From positions 1-52,751 of the forward strand of contig JAUXED010000004.1 of NCBI GenBank assembly GCA_030618105.1: a stretch of 52,751 nt of DNA. Reading direction: 5' to 3'. The DNA comes from Bacteroidota bacterium. GTDB taxonomy: Bacteria; Bacteroidota; Bacteroidia; Bacteroidales; VadinHA17. This document shows, one piece after another, positions 29,345 to 38,268 of this stretch; the first letter of the stretch is position 1, and each line of letters opens with the position of its first letter. The position numbers were made by a program, and so were the translations under genes. Below the pieces are notes generated by a model, which worked only from the letters and a program-made list of their open reading frames with translations, did no database searches and had not been told where the DNA came from.

Positions 29345-30487
29345 TTTTTTTCGCACCTCGTCCAGATCAAACATTCCTTCGCTTGTATCAATAAAGATCT
29401 TCCCATCCTTTTCAACAAAACCATACATTGAAAAATAATCGCCCAACAGGGATTTGTCTACTTTTTTTCCAAGCCTTACATTGTAAAGGAAAGGGACTTC
29501 CTCTACACGAATATAAGCTTCATGTGAGAAAAGAAAATCTACCTGTGCCCATTCTTTATCCGGACTCACATCCATCAATACAATATCCAGTTCTCCACCA
29601 ACAATGTCGTCTTCATCCTCTATATCCCGGGGACTTGCGAGCAAGATCTTTTCTTGCTCAGATGTAGAGAAATAAATGTTCCCATCCTCTCCTTCAAAAA
29701 TGTCAGTGATCATCTCACCGGCTGAAAGATTTATTTTCTTTTTTTCTTCTGTACTGAACCAAACATCAGAGATGCAGATATCATCCCACTTGCTTCCCTT
29801 ATATACATCAATAATTTCCAGTTTAAAAATATAACCGTAAAAAGCCTTATGTTGTTCAAACCCGCTACTATTTTCCAGAATTTCAGCCCGCCTGTCCATA
29901 AAATCCTCTTTAAAGAGGGAATCTCCAAGTTCTTTTAAAGAAGCTACCTTTTCTTTATCAAAAGGCAGTATAAAATATTGGGGGCCCATTTTATCTCTTA
30001 ATCTTAAACTATTTTTCATGGGAATTAAATCCCCTTCAATAAGGATGGTATATTGAAATGGCAGGCAATAGTAGTTTCCTCCCAATTCTGTCACATCAGC
30101 AGGCAAATGATAAGCCACATAAAGACTTATTCCTAAGGATTTTGGCCGGCCATTTTTGAGATAGAGCGACTCTGTTTTCTGGTACCCATTGTGTATATAG
30201 ATTTTATTTGGAAAAGTATTTTTCTGTCCAATAAGTACGTATTCTCCAATGCCATCTCCTTTTGCACCTTCTACCCATGCAGTGGTTACATCCTTATCAA
30301 AAAGCCAGCAGGCACAATATTTCCCTATACCATCATATTCATTCTCCGGATCATCAAGTTCGGAACTTTCATCCCAAACTCCCCCCATTGCATCGTACAA
30401 AAACATTTTTTCCCACTTTGCATGCTGTGCTTGTGAAAAGGGGGTAAAGGCAAGGATGCTGAAAAAGAAAACAAGAGCTGATTTCAT
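29339..30487 (-). CDS. Secreted hypothetical protein with a discoidin-like (NADase-type glycan-binding) domain
   Basis: Signal peptide; TAWVEG..GDGIGE, NGYQK..LY.KNGRPK, DVYKGSKWDDICISDV. Confidence 0.65.
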   Translation of the reverse strand: MKSALVFFFSILAFTPFSQAQHAKWEKMFLYDAMGGVWDESSELDDPENEYDGIGKYCACWLFDKDVTTAWVEGAKGDGIGEYVLIGQKNTFPNKIYIHNGYQKTESLYLKNGRPKSLGISLYVAYHLPADVTELGGNYYCLPFQYTILIEGDLIPMKNSLRLRDKMGPQYFILPFDKEKVASLKELGDSLFKEDFMDRRAEILENSSGFEQHKAFYGYIFKLEIIDVYKGSKWDDICISDVWFSTEEKKKINLSAGEMITDIFEGEDGNIYFSTSEQEKILLASPRDIEDEDDIVGGELDIVLMDVSPDKEWAQVDFLFSHEAYIRVEEVPFLYNVRLGKKVDKSLLGDYFSMYGFVEKDGKIFIDTSEGMFDLDEVRKKL

Positions 30488-30601
30488 GGCACTACTGTTT
30501 GATTAAAACCTAAATTTAATCAAACTAATTTGAAATCACCAGTTCCCCAGGTGTTTTTCGACATTACCATCCAGGCATATTTACCAAAGTTATACCTGAC
30601 T

Positions 30602-30678
30602 ATTCTAAAACCACGTCAACGGTTATATACCCTGACGGTGGTTTGGTGGAATTAATGATAAAAACCGGTCAGACCGCT
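30602..30678. repeat. REP-like hairpin plus conserved tail (same family as 15100-15248)
   Basis: CCCTGACGGTGGTTTGGTRGAATTAATGATAAWAACCGGTCAGACCGCT shared. Confidence 0.8.
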
Positions 30679-30754
30679 AATAAAAACCATATATTTGCAA
30701 TGGGTATGTTGTAAATAATTGTATTAATATATAATTTAGTAGAATAAACTATGA

Positions 30755-30886
30755 GTAATTAATCAGTCGGCAGTCGGCAGTCGATAAAAATGCAAAGTAT
30801 AATGAGATTAGCTTCAAAATTTAGGCACTTTAAACTTTAGGCATTTATTTTATTAGCATTCCAAACTTAAGACACTGAATAGTTAC
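30755..30886. mobile_element. MITE-like element with GTAACTATTCAG-type ends (copy 2)
   Basis: GTAATTAATCAG (30755-30766), (CAGTCGG)x3, AAAAATGYAAAGTATAAT core, CTGAATAGTTAC (30875-30886). Confidence 0.6.
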
Positions 30887-30890
30887 AACT

Positions 30891-31751
30891 ATGAATATAA
30901 TAAATAAAATTTCAACCTTATTAGTTGTATTTCTTATAATGAATATTAATGCATATACACAGGCAAAAATGAATTCAGAAAACAGTCAGGCAATGAAAAC
31001 TGAAAGCAAAACAATTGAGAAGAACCCGGTAAAAATGACAATTCTTTATGATAATTATCGTTTTAGCGAAGGGACTAAACAGGCATGGGGTTTTTCATGC
31101 TTTATTGAGGGAACAGAAAAGAATATTTTGTTTGACACCGGAGGAGAAGGTGAGATACTTATGTATAATATTGATAAGTTAAATATTAATCCTGAAAGTG
31201 TTGAGATAATAGTAATATCACATAACCACTGGGACCATACCGGAGGACTTTTCACTTTCCTCGAAAAGAAAAGCGGAATTCCTGTTTACCTGCCTCATTC
31301 ATTTCCAAAAGAATTTATTGATAAAGTTAACGATGCAAAGGCAACTGTAATTCTTACAAATGAGCCTGTTGAGATCTGCAGAGATGTGTTTTCCACCGGA
31401 GAAATTGAAGGACCGGTAAACGAACAATCTTTAATTGTTAGAACAAATAAAGGGATTGTAGTGGTGACAGGATGTTCTCACCCTGGCATTGTCAATATTA
31501 TTAAGAGAGCACAAGAAATTATGGGAGAAGAGGTTTATCTCGTTTTTGGCGGATTCCATCTTATGAGGCATTCAGAGAATGAGGTTAAAGAAATTATCAG
31601 CCAATTCAGGGAATTAGGTGTAAAAAAGTGTGGCGCAACTCACTGCACAGGCGATAAGCAAATAAACCTATTCAAGGAAGCATACGGAAACGATTATATT
31701 GAAATGGGTACAGGCAGGGTATTAGAATTTTCACCAAAGATGAGCAACTGA
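30891..31751 (+). CDS. MBL-fold metallo-hydrolase (COG1237-like)
   Basis: LFDTG, SHNHWDHTGG, TGCSHPG, GGFHL, HCTG. Confidence 0.9.
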   Translation: MNIINKISTLLVVFLIMNINAYTQAKMNSENSQAMKTESKTIEKNPVKMTILYDNYRFSEGTKQAWGFSCFIEGTEKNILFDTGGEGEILMYNIDKLNINPESVEIIVISHNHWDHTGGLFTFLEKKSGIPVYLPHSFPKEFIDKVNDAKATVILTNEPVEICRDVFSTGEIEGPVNEQSLIVRTNKGIVVVTGCSHPGIVNIIKRAQEIMGEEVYLVFGGFHLMRHSENEVKEIISQFRELGVKKCGATHCTGDKQINLFKEAYGNDYIEMGTGRVLEFSPKMSN

Positions 31752-31772
31752 TACGATGTTGCAGTGTTTCGA

Positions 31773-31817
31773 ACGATTCTCAACACCGTCATCGGTTATA
31801 AACCCTAACGGTGGTTG
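31773..31817. repeat. Degenerate REP-like hairpin (same family as 15100 and 30602)
   Basis: ACGATTCTCAACACCGTCATCGGTTATAAACCCTAACGGTGGTTG. Confidence 0.7.
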
Positions 31818-31959
31818 TTCTTACGAGATTACGCCTCCCTCTCAGGTAATCAATCAATATCAGCAAGAAAAATTTAAAGGAACTTATTGACATAAAGGGT
31901 TCGCTGTAAATAAAAAACAAAGGATATTTTGATTATTACAATCGAAAAGATTTTGCAAT

Positions 31960-32244
31960 TCATTTCCTACCGGTTTTGAAACCTACAGGGTTTCGTAGTT
32001 CGTTTTTCTTTTCAATCAACTGACTTGATGTCACAATTTGTGATGTCAAGTTTTTAATTTCATTATCGCTTAATTGAAACATAAAATCTTCGGGGAATCT
32101 TTCAATATTTCTTTGTACTGCCTGATTAAGGACTCTTGTTTCTACATCGTACAAGGCAGCGAGGTGAAAATCGAGCATTACTTTAACACCTCTGATGTAA
32201 TAGATTTGGGAGATGATATTTTCGGATTTTATTAAATCACTCAT
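31960..32244 (-). pseudogene. ORF6N (KilA-N-like) DNA-binding protein, internally deleted
   Basis: [42 protein letters not shown] joined directly to the C-terminal RNPVGFK tail; the PYAFTEQG segment is missing. Confidence 0.75.
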
Positions 32245-32716
32245 GCCGGGTTGCTTTAGGAGCCTATCACAATTTGTGATATCATAAAATCAAATATCAA
32301 ATCGTCTGTCTGTATTTAAAAAGATCCCTGATAAAACTAGAAATAGGCTATGTTGTGTTAATCATTTTAGATTTAGATTTTTACAAGGTACTAATAATTT
32401 TGCAAATACCATCCCTAACTCCCCGTATTTCATCTGTTTATAATTAATTTTTAATTGGCAGATGTAGTTCGCCCCGATTTTTTTCGGGGCTCGGTTCATA
32501 TATCAATATCGTTTTCGCACGGAATGGATGCCATCATCACCGGAATATTCAGCCTTCGGGACCGGTACATGAAAAAGAAGCGACAGAGTAGAGCTTGCGC
32601 AACGGTTACTATTGTTATGCACTGGTGGTTCTTGTTTCTGTCTGTACGTCTGTCAATTATTTCCGTCATATTAAACTTGTCGTCACTGTTTCATAGATTT
32701 TTTCTGATACTCATAT

Positions 32717-33376
32717 TTACCTTCGCCACCAATCATCATCGTCATTCTCGTCTTCATCATCAAATCCGTAGTTATACGGATTGCCATTTTCATCATCGTA
32801 ATCCGGATCCAGATGGTAGGGGTAGTATTTCATCCAGTCATTACCATACTTCCTTTTTATGTAGTTGATTTCACACTCAAACTGCATAGCACGATCTTCT
32901 TCAGGGCTAAGTTCTTCATCACTGAATCCTGCAAAGAGCTCCTCAAAAAAACGGCACTGGCAATAATCTCCTAAAGAGCATTTTCCATGTTCTGTGCCAG
33001 GAGTGCAAAGTTGAAAAAATCCCATGTGCCACTGTTTTACTTTTGCTTCCTGGCAAAAATTGTCACGAATAGTAGCATATTGAACACGGTCGGGTACCTG
33101 AGTTTGAAGCACAAATACCCAGTTATAAGCATCAAGCATTTTTTTTAAAGCGTTGAGAAGCCGGCTGACCTGATAGTCAGACAATAATTCGGGAGGCGGT
33201 AGCTGAACCTTACTGATGCCCGTCCACTCTTCAAGCATACGGGTTGGGGCCGTATTATCCTCCTCTTCTTCCGACACCCAGTCATGTATGCACAGCTCCT
33301 GCTTCACATAAGGCCAGCTTACATTTTCGGTAGCATAAGAAATATCCATTAAAAGCTGTTCTAAATATCTTTCCAT
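32717..33376 (-). CDS. Acidic hypothetical protein with a Cys cluster
   Basis: Open frame from ATG 33376 (MERYLEQLL); C..G...GKC.LG.YCQC motif; Asp-rich tail. Confidence 0.7.
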   Translation of the reverse strand: MERYLEQLLMDISYATENVSWPYVKQELCIHDWVSEEEEDNTAPTRMLEEWTGISKVQLPPPELLSDYQVSRLLNALKKMLDAYNWVFVLQTQVPDRVQYATIRDNFCQEAKVKQWHMGFFQLCTPGTEHGKCSLGDYCQCRFFEELFAGFSDEELSPEEDRAMQFECEINYIKRKYGNDWMKYYPYHLDPDYDDENGNPYNYGFDDEDENDDDDWWRR

Positions 33377-33429
33377 ACCAGAAAAAGTTGTTATTTGTTT
33401 TTCATGTTCTCTACTTTTATCGCTTCCTA

Positions 33430-33510
33430 TTATTCCGCCCCCAACAAACAATCCAGACAAACCACTTTCACTTCCTTATAAGTTAAACCATATAGTTTGA
33501 ATACCATTTC
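33430..33510 (-). pseudogene. Probable C-terminal remnant of a type IIG/Eco57I-like restriction-modification enzyme
   Basis: EMVFKLYGLTYKEVKVVC resembles the family C-terminal motif ID.MVY.LYGLT.EE. Confidence 0.5.
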
Positions 33511-34258
33511 AGGACAAAACATCAAGTTTAATATTCCATTTAATTGTCATTTTGCCGTGTCGTTGTCTTTTTCCGCTTGTGCATACAGTGAAATAAATAT
33601 CAAATCGTTTATCTGTATATAAATAAATTCCTGACAAAATCAGAAATATGCTATTTAATATTAATCAATAAGACTTATTTAGATTTAGAATTCTACAAGT
33701 TACAAATAATCTGGGAACTAAAGCATAAAAAAAAAAGAATTTGCGTGCAAATTGTGTGCAAATCCTTTTTCTGATCTTCTGAAATCCAGAGAGAATAAAC
33801 TTTTCGCCCTCCCCTGCCCTACGCTGGAGAGTCTATTTCATGGAACTTGATCGTTCAACATTTGACAGATCATAGACAATATATCCTCTTCAAATAATTG
33901 ATTTTGTAGAACTGGGGCTAAAAATTACTTTTATCCTCCCCTGAATGTAACCAGTAAAAAAACGGACGTTTTTTATGACAGACTTAGGACAAAATAAACC
34001 AGAATGGATGGGTTATGATATCTGATTTTTCAACCTAAAAAATATTTCTTAACATTAAGTAACAATTAGTTTACTTCTATTCGAAAATATATATCCTTTA
34101 TTAATTCAACCGAAAATTGAAACCATTAATAAGTGTATTAACTTGTAGCCAGATTTTAGAATCTCTTCAATTTTTTCATGTGTTTACCCTGGGATGATCA
34201 CTCAAGAAAATATTTAAATTTACTAGAAATATGTATCTTTGAGTCAAAAAGATCAAAA

Positions 34259-34573
34259 ATGGAGCATAACCTGATACAAGATAGGATATCACAGACGATC
34301 CATGATAAGGATCCTTTAGCAGAAGCTTATCTGTTTGGGTCTCGTGCCCGAGGTAATTCCAGAGTTGATTCAGACTGGGATGTTTTGATTTTAATTGATG
34401 ATGATAAAGTAACAAATGATATCGAAGATAAGTTTAGAGATGATCTCTATGATATTGAAATAGAGTCTGGTCAGATTATTTCAACATTTATTTATACTAA
34501 AGATTATTGGAGAAGCACCTTGAAATATTCTCCATTATATAAAAATGTTAGTAGAGAAGGTATACGTTTATGA
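34259..34573 (+). CDS. Minimal nucleotidyltransferase (MNT) antitoxin
   Basis: LFGSRARG...SDWDVL; TATCTTTG promoter at 34234-34241 favours ATG 34259. Confidence 0.9.
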   Translation: MEHNLIQDRISQTIHDKDPLAEAYLFGSRARGNSRVDSDWDVLILIDDDKVTNDIEDKFRDDLYDIEIESGQIISTFIYTKDYWRSTLKYSPLYKNVSREGIRL

Positions 34574-34959
34574 CTATTGATAATAGAGATGATTACATAA
34601 AATACAGGTTTCAAAGAGCTGAGGAATCATTTGAAGAGGCATTGATTCTAGCTGAAAAGGAGAGATGGAATACTGTAATAAACAGATTATATTATTCATG
34701 TTTCTATGCAGTAATTTCACTTTTATTGAAAAATGAGATTGATTCACAAACTCATGATGGAGCAAGAACTCAGTTTGGACTTCATTTCATTAAGACCGGG
34801 AAAATTGATAAGGTCTATGGAAAACTTTTCACCAAAATGTTTGATTACCGTCAAAAAGGTGATTATGGAGACTTGTTTGATTATGAGGAAAACTTTGTAA
34901 AACCCCTGATAGAACAAGTTAAAGAATTTATAGAAGAGATAAGAAAACACATATACTAG
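34570..34959 (+). CDS. HEPN domain protein
   Basis: NRLYYSCFYA, THDG, RQKGDY; overlaps the MNT stop. Confidence 0.9.
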   Translation: MTIDNRDDYIKYRFQRAEESFEEALILAEKERWNTVINRLYYSCFYAVISLLLKNEIDSQTHDGARTQFGLHFIKTGKIDKVYGKLFTKMFDYRQKGDYGDLFDYEENFVKPLIEQVKEFIEEIRKHIY

Positions 34960-35202
34960 AAACCACCTGCCACTATCATGTACTGAATTGTTTTCTTATA
35001 TATATCTGGTTTATTTTTCTTCATATTTTTTTCCCTGTCATAAATCTTCTGAAAAACACTACAATTGTTATTTTCCGTTTATATAAGGTCGGCATAAACA
35101 AGTAAGGATTGAAGTTCTTTGCAATTCTCAAATAATGCCATAAAAAAAAAGAATTTGTGTGCAAATTGTGTGTAAGTTCTTTTTTCTATCTTCTGAAATC
35201 CA

Positions 35203-35219
35203 GTCGGGATGGCGAGATT
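35203..35219 (-). repeat. 17-bp duplicate of the tRNA-Pro 3' end (att-like)
   Basis: GTCGGGATGGCGAGATT is identical to 35409-35425. Confidence 0.9.
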
Positions 35220-35264
35220 ACGGCCGCTCCTTCGTCACGGCCGTGATCTCGGTTGAGCATGATT

Positions 35265-35409
35265 CAAACTATGAAACAGACCGGTTTCAGCAGCTTCGCA
35301 GCTGAAACACTGGTCTTTTTTATTTTAGCTGCTTATGAAAGCAAGCTTTCAACGCACCTCAAACAAAAAAGACCAACCAGATTCTCTGGCCGGTCTGTTT
35401 CATAGTTTG
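35265..35409. repeat. Long inverted-repeat element directly downstream of tRNA-Pro
   Basis: Perfect 20-bp IR CAAACTATGAAACAGACCGG (35265-35284 / 35390-35409) plus an inner TGGTCTTTTTT/AAAAAAGACCA pair. Confidence 0.85.
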
Positions 35410-35485
35410 TCGGGATGGCGAGATTTGAACTCGCGACCCCTCGCCCCCCAGACGAGTACTCTAAACCGTGCTGAGCTACATCCCG
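35410..35485 (-). tRNA. tRNA-Pro(GGG), CCA not encoded
   Basis: Acceptor CGGGATG/CATCCCG, anticodon loop CT-GGG-GG, T loop GTTCAAATC; TATATTTG promoter at 35500-35507. Confidence 0.96.
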
Positions 35486-35658
35486 AAAAATAATCTGTGC
35501 AAATATAAAAGTTTTGAGATCAGTGAGCAAAAAAAAATAACACTGACAGAATTGCAAAATTATTATCAATATAAAAAACGGTACAGCTTTTGTAAATCAA
35601 ATATTCAATTAAAGAAGTACTGTCATAAGCTTTACGAAAAGCCAGGAATGATTGCTTC

Positions 35659-35674
35659 TCCGCCAGCTGGCGGA
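35659..35674. repeat. Perfect 16-bp GC palindrome TCCGCCAGCTGGCGGA (REP-like)
   Basis: Read directly within AT-rich intergenic DNA. Confidence 0.6.
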
Positions 35675-35772
35675 TCGCAAAATCAGTATACTTATTATGC
35701 TTTTATGAAACTAAACATTAACCTTGAAATTATTAAATAACTTTGTTCAACTTTTATTAAAACAAAACTCCC

Positions 35773-36774
35773 ATGGAACTATTTAAATCAATGGATAACC
35801 TTAATAACAAAAAAGATCCTCAAAAAGCTAACCTGGTAGAAACTGAACAAGTTAAATGTCTGATCATCGGGTCAGGTCCTGCCGGATATACAGCCGCCAT
35901 CTATGCTTCCAGGGCAAATCTTAAACCTGTTCTTTATGAAGGACTGCAGCCCGGTGGTCAACTGACAACAACCACCGAAGTAGAAAACTATCCCGGGTAC
36001 CCTGAAGGAGTTACAGGACCTGTTTTAATGGAAGACCTGAAAAGACAGGCAAAGCGTTTTGGGACTGATGTCCGTTGGGGTATAGCAACTTCAGCAGACC
36101 TGTCAAACCATCCGTATAAGATAACCATTGATGATAAAAATATTATTGAAGCAAAGACAGTCATTATTGCTACCGGTGCTTCTGCTAAATATCTTGGTCT
36201 TGAAGCCGAAAAGAAATATGCAGGGATGGGTGTTTCGGCTTGTGCAACCTGCGACGGATTTTTCTACAAAGGGAAAGATATTGCTGTTGTTGGAGGCGGT
36301 GATACGGCTGCTGAGGAAGCAATTTACCTGGCAGGTCTGTGTAATAAGGTCTATATTATTGTACGAAAAAATTATATGAGAGCATCCAAAACTATGTTAG
36401 CTAAAGTAGAAAAGACACCAAATATTGAAATTTTGTATGAGCATAATACAAAAGATCTGTTTGGAGAAGATGGAGTTGAAGGCGCAATACTTATCAAAAA
36501 GATGGGTACACCTGACGAGGAAAAAGTGAAAATTAATATTCATGGTTTCTTCCTTGCTATCGGACACCATCCGAATTCTGACATATTTTCAAATTGGCTG
36601 GAAAGGGATGATGTTGGATATATTAAAACAATCCCCGGAACATCAAAAACGAATTTACCCGGAGTTTTCGCATGTGGTGATGTTCAGGATCCTCACTACC
36701 GACAGGCTATTACTGCTGCAGGATCGGGTTGTATAGCAGCGCTGGATGCCGAGAGATTTCTCAGTTCACTCTAA
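35773..36774 (+). CDS. trxB: Thioredoxin-disulfide reductase
   Basis: GSGPAG, CATCDG, GGGDTA, GDV..YRQAITAAG; TAACTTTG promoter at 35738-35745. Confidence 0.97.
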   Translation: MELFKSMDNLNNKKDPQKANLVETEQVKCLIIGSGPAGYTAAIYASRANLKPVLYEGLQPGGQLTTTTEVENYPGYPEGVTGPVLMEDLKRQAKRFGTDVRWGIATSADLSNHPYKITIDDKNIIEAKTVIIATGASAKYLGLEAEKKYAGMGVSACATCDGFFYKGKDIAVVGGGDTAAEEAIYLAGLCNKVYIIVRKNYMRASKTMLAKVEKTPNIEILYEHNTKDLFGEDGVEGAILIKKMGTPDEEKVKINIHGFFLAIGHHPNSDIFSNWLERDDVGYIKTIPGTSKTNLPGVFACGDVQDPHYRQAITAAGSGCIAALDAERFLSSL

Positions 36775-36816
36775 AATACTAAATATTAAAATTGGTCAGC
36801 CGGGAAAATAAATTTA

Positions 36817-37917
36817 TCAATACTCAAGTATCTCTGTTTCGCCCTTCAAAGCCCTGAATGCATTTTCAGCTAAAGCATCAAGCACATCATCTCCGGGATA
36901 TATATGGACCGGAGCAATTCTTGAAATTCTTTTCGTTATAAAATTTGTTATAACTTTATTATGAGCAAATTTTCCGGTAATAAGTATAGCATCAGGTTTT
37001 TCATAAAATACCATATTCATTGCCCCCACACTTTTCGAAACCTGGTATGCCATTGCTTCAATAATAAATATTACTTTCTCATCACCTTTTTCAATCAAAG
37101 AATCAATCTCATGACTTCTTGTCTTGTCAAAATAAGCAAACAGTCCACCTTTCCCCCTGATCATTTCATGCATTTCCTCTTCAGAATATTTACCACTAAA
37201 ACACATCCTTATCATATCTCCCATTGGTAAAGTACCACTTCCAATTGGTGAAAACGGACCATCGCCATCAAACCCCTGGGTAGTATCAACTACTTTACCT
37301 TTTTTGTGAGCGCTAACAGTTATTCCACGCGCCAGGTTCACAATAATAAGATTAAGATCCTTGCAAGTGGGACCAAAACCCAGAGATTTTGCATGTTTGC
37401 GGGCAACATATTTCTGATTTAAAGCATGAAAAACTGATTTACGTTCAAACAACGGGTGTCCGGAAACACGTGCCAGATCATCAAGCTCATCAACAGTTAC
37501 CGGATCAGAGACATAAGCCCTGGAACCTTTTATTTCATTTGCAATAGCATTTGCAATTAAACCACCGAGATTAACAGTATCTACACCGCAAAGATTATTC
37601 TTCAGGTCTGTGAAAAGTTTTTTATTAACTTCATAAACACCTGCCTTAACAGGTCTGACTAAACCACCCCGGCTAACTACAAAACTGATTTTTTCAATTT
37701 CTATATCATTCTCTTTAAGTTCTTTCATGATCAGTTCTTTTCTATATTCATACTGATCAGTTATTATCTGAAAGGATTTCATCTCCTCATCGGTGTGTCT
37801 TAGCCGTTTGAGAAAAATTGGTTTCTCCAGTTGGTACACTCCAAACTGAGTAAAATATATTCGCGGGTTAATTGTTAAAACCAGCTTTGATACAAGATTT
37901 ACATTCGAATTTGACAT
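36817..37917 (-). CDS. Butyrate kinase-like protein (degenerate active-site motifs)
   Basis: SRGG, DPVTVDE, RKSVFHALNQK, GPFSP, AMAYQV retained; NPGSTSTK, HASNLG and SPER altered. Confidence 0.85.
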   Translation of the reverse strand: MSNSNVNLVSKLVLTINPRIYFTQFGVYQLEKPIFLKRLRHTDEEMKSFQIITDQYEYRKELIMKELKENDIEIEKISFVVSRGGLVRPVKAGVYEVNKKLFTDLKNNLCGVDTVNLGGLIANAIANEIKGSRAYVSDPVTVDELDDLARVSGHPLFERKSVFHALNQKYVARKHAKSLGFGPTCKDLNLIIVNLARGITVSAHKKGKVVDTTQGFDGDGPFSPIGSGTLPMGDMIRMCFSGKYSEEEMHEMIRGKGGLFAYFDKTRSHEIDSLIEKGDEKVIFIIEAMAYQVSKSVGAMNMVFYEKPDAILITGKFAHNKVITNFITKRISRIAPVHIYPGDDVLDALAENAFRALKGETEILEY

Positions 37918-37940
37918 AAGTTATAAGTTAAATGTTATAT

Positions 37941-38037
37941 GCTTTTAGCTGTTAGCTGTTAGCAAGTTTTCCTTTATACCCTTATACCCTTTACTCCCTT
38001 TACTCCCTCTACTCCTTCTACTCCCTTTATTCCCTTC
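37941..38037. repeat. Stacked 9-mer (CCCTTTACT) and 7-mer (GTTAGCT) arrays
   Basis: Read directly between the icmF remnant and the buk-like gene. Confidence 0.85.
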
Positions 38038-38061
38038 AAAATTAGTAATATTCAATGAAAA

Positions 38062-38268
38062 TCACATATTTCTACGATATTCTCCTCCTATCTCATAAAG
38101 CGCCTGTGATATTTGTCCGATGAAACAATATTTCGCGGCTTCAAAAATACCCGGGAAGGTGTTTTGATTAAGGTTTATTGCTCTCTTTAATTTATCAAGC
38201 AGACTTACAGATTTTGCTTTATTAATTCTGTGAAGTTCATGTATCAATTCAACTTGTCTCTTTTTCTC
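38062..38268 (-). pseudogene. C-terminal remnant of a fused isobutyryl-CoA mutase (IcmF-like)
   Basis: ...FEAAKYCFIGQISQALYEIGGEYRRNM* matches the IcmF C-terminus (SLGQI..ALF.VGG.YRRNM); no room for the rest of the gene. Confidence 0.8.

Larger units (their letters stand above)
32292..33710. repeat. ~110-bp imperfect direct repeats at 32292-32400 and 33595-33710
   Basis: Shared AAATATCAAATCGT..TCTGTAT..CCTGA..AGAAATA.GCTAT..TTAATCA..TTTAGATTTAGA..TACAAG.TAC.AATAAT. Confidence 0.8.
33724..35203. repeat. ~65-bp direct repeats at 33724-33789 and 35139-35203 flanking the MNT/HEPN module
   Basis: CATA(n)GAATTTGYGTGCAAATTGTGTGYAA...ATCTTCTGAAATCCAG in both copies. Confidence 0.85.

Noticed and set aside
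32496-32669. ~57-codon minus-strand ORF after the acidic hypothetical gene
   Set aside because: No recognisable motif; cannot be distinguished from a chance ORF without homology data.
35333-35740. ORFs 35333-35569 (-) and 35468-35740 (+)
   Set aside because: They overlap the tRNA and its promoter and show no protein-like features.
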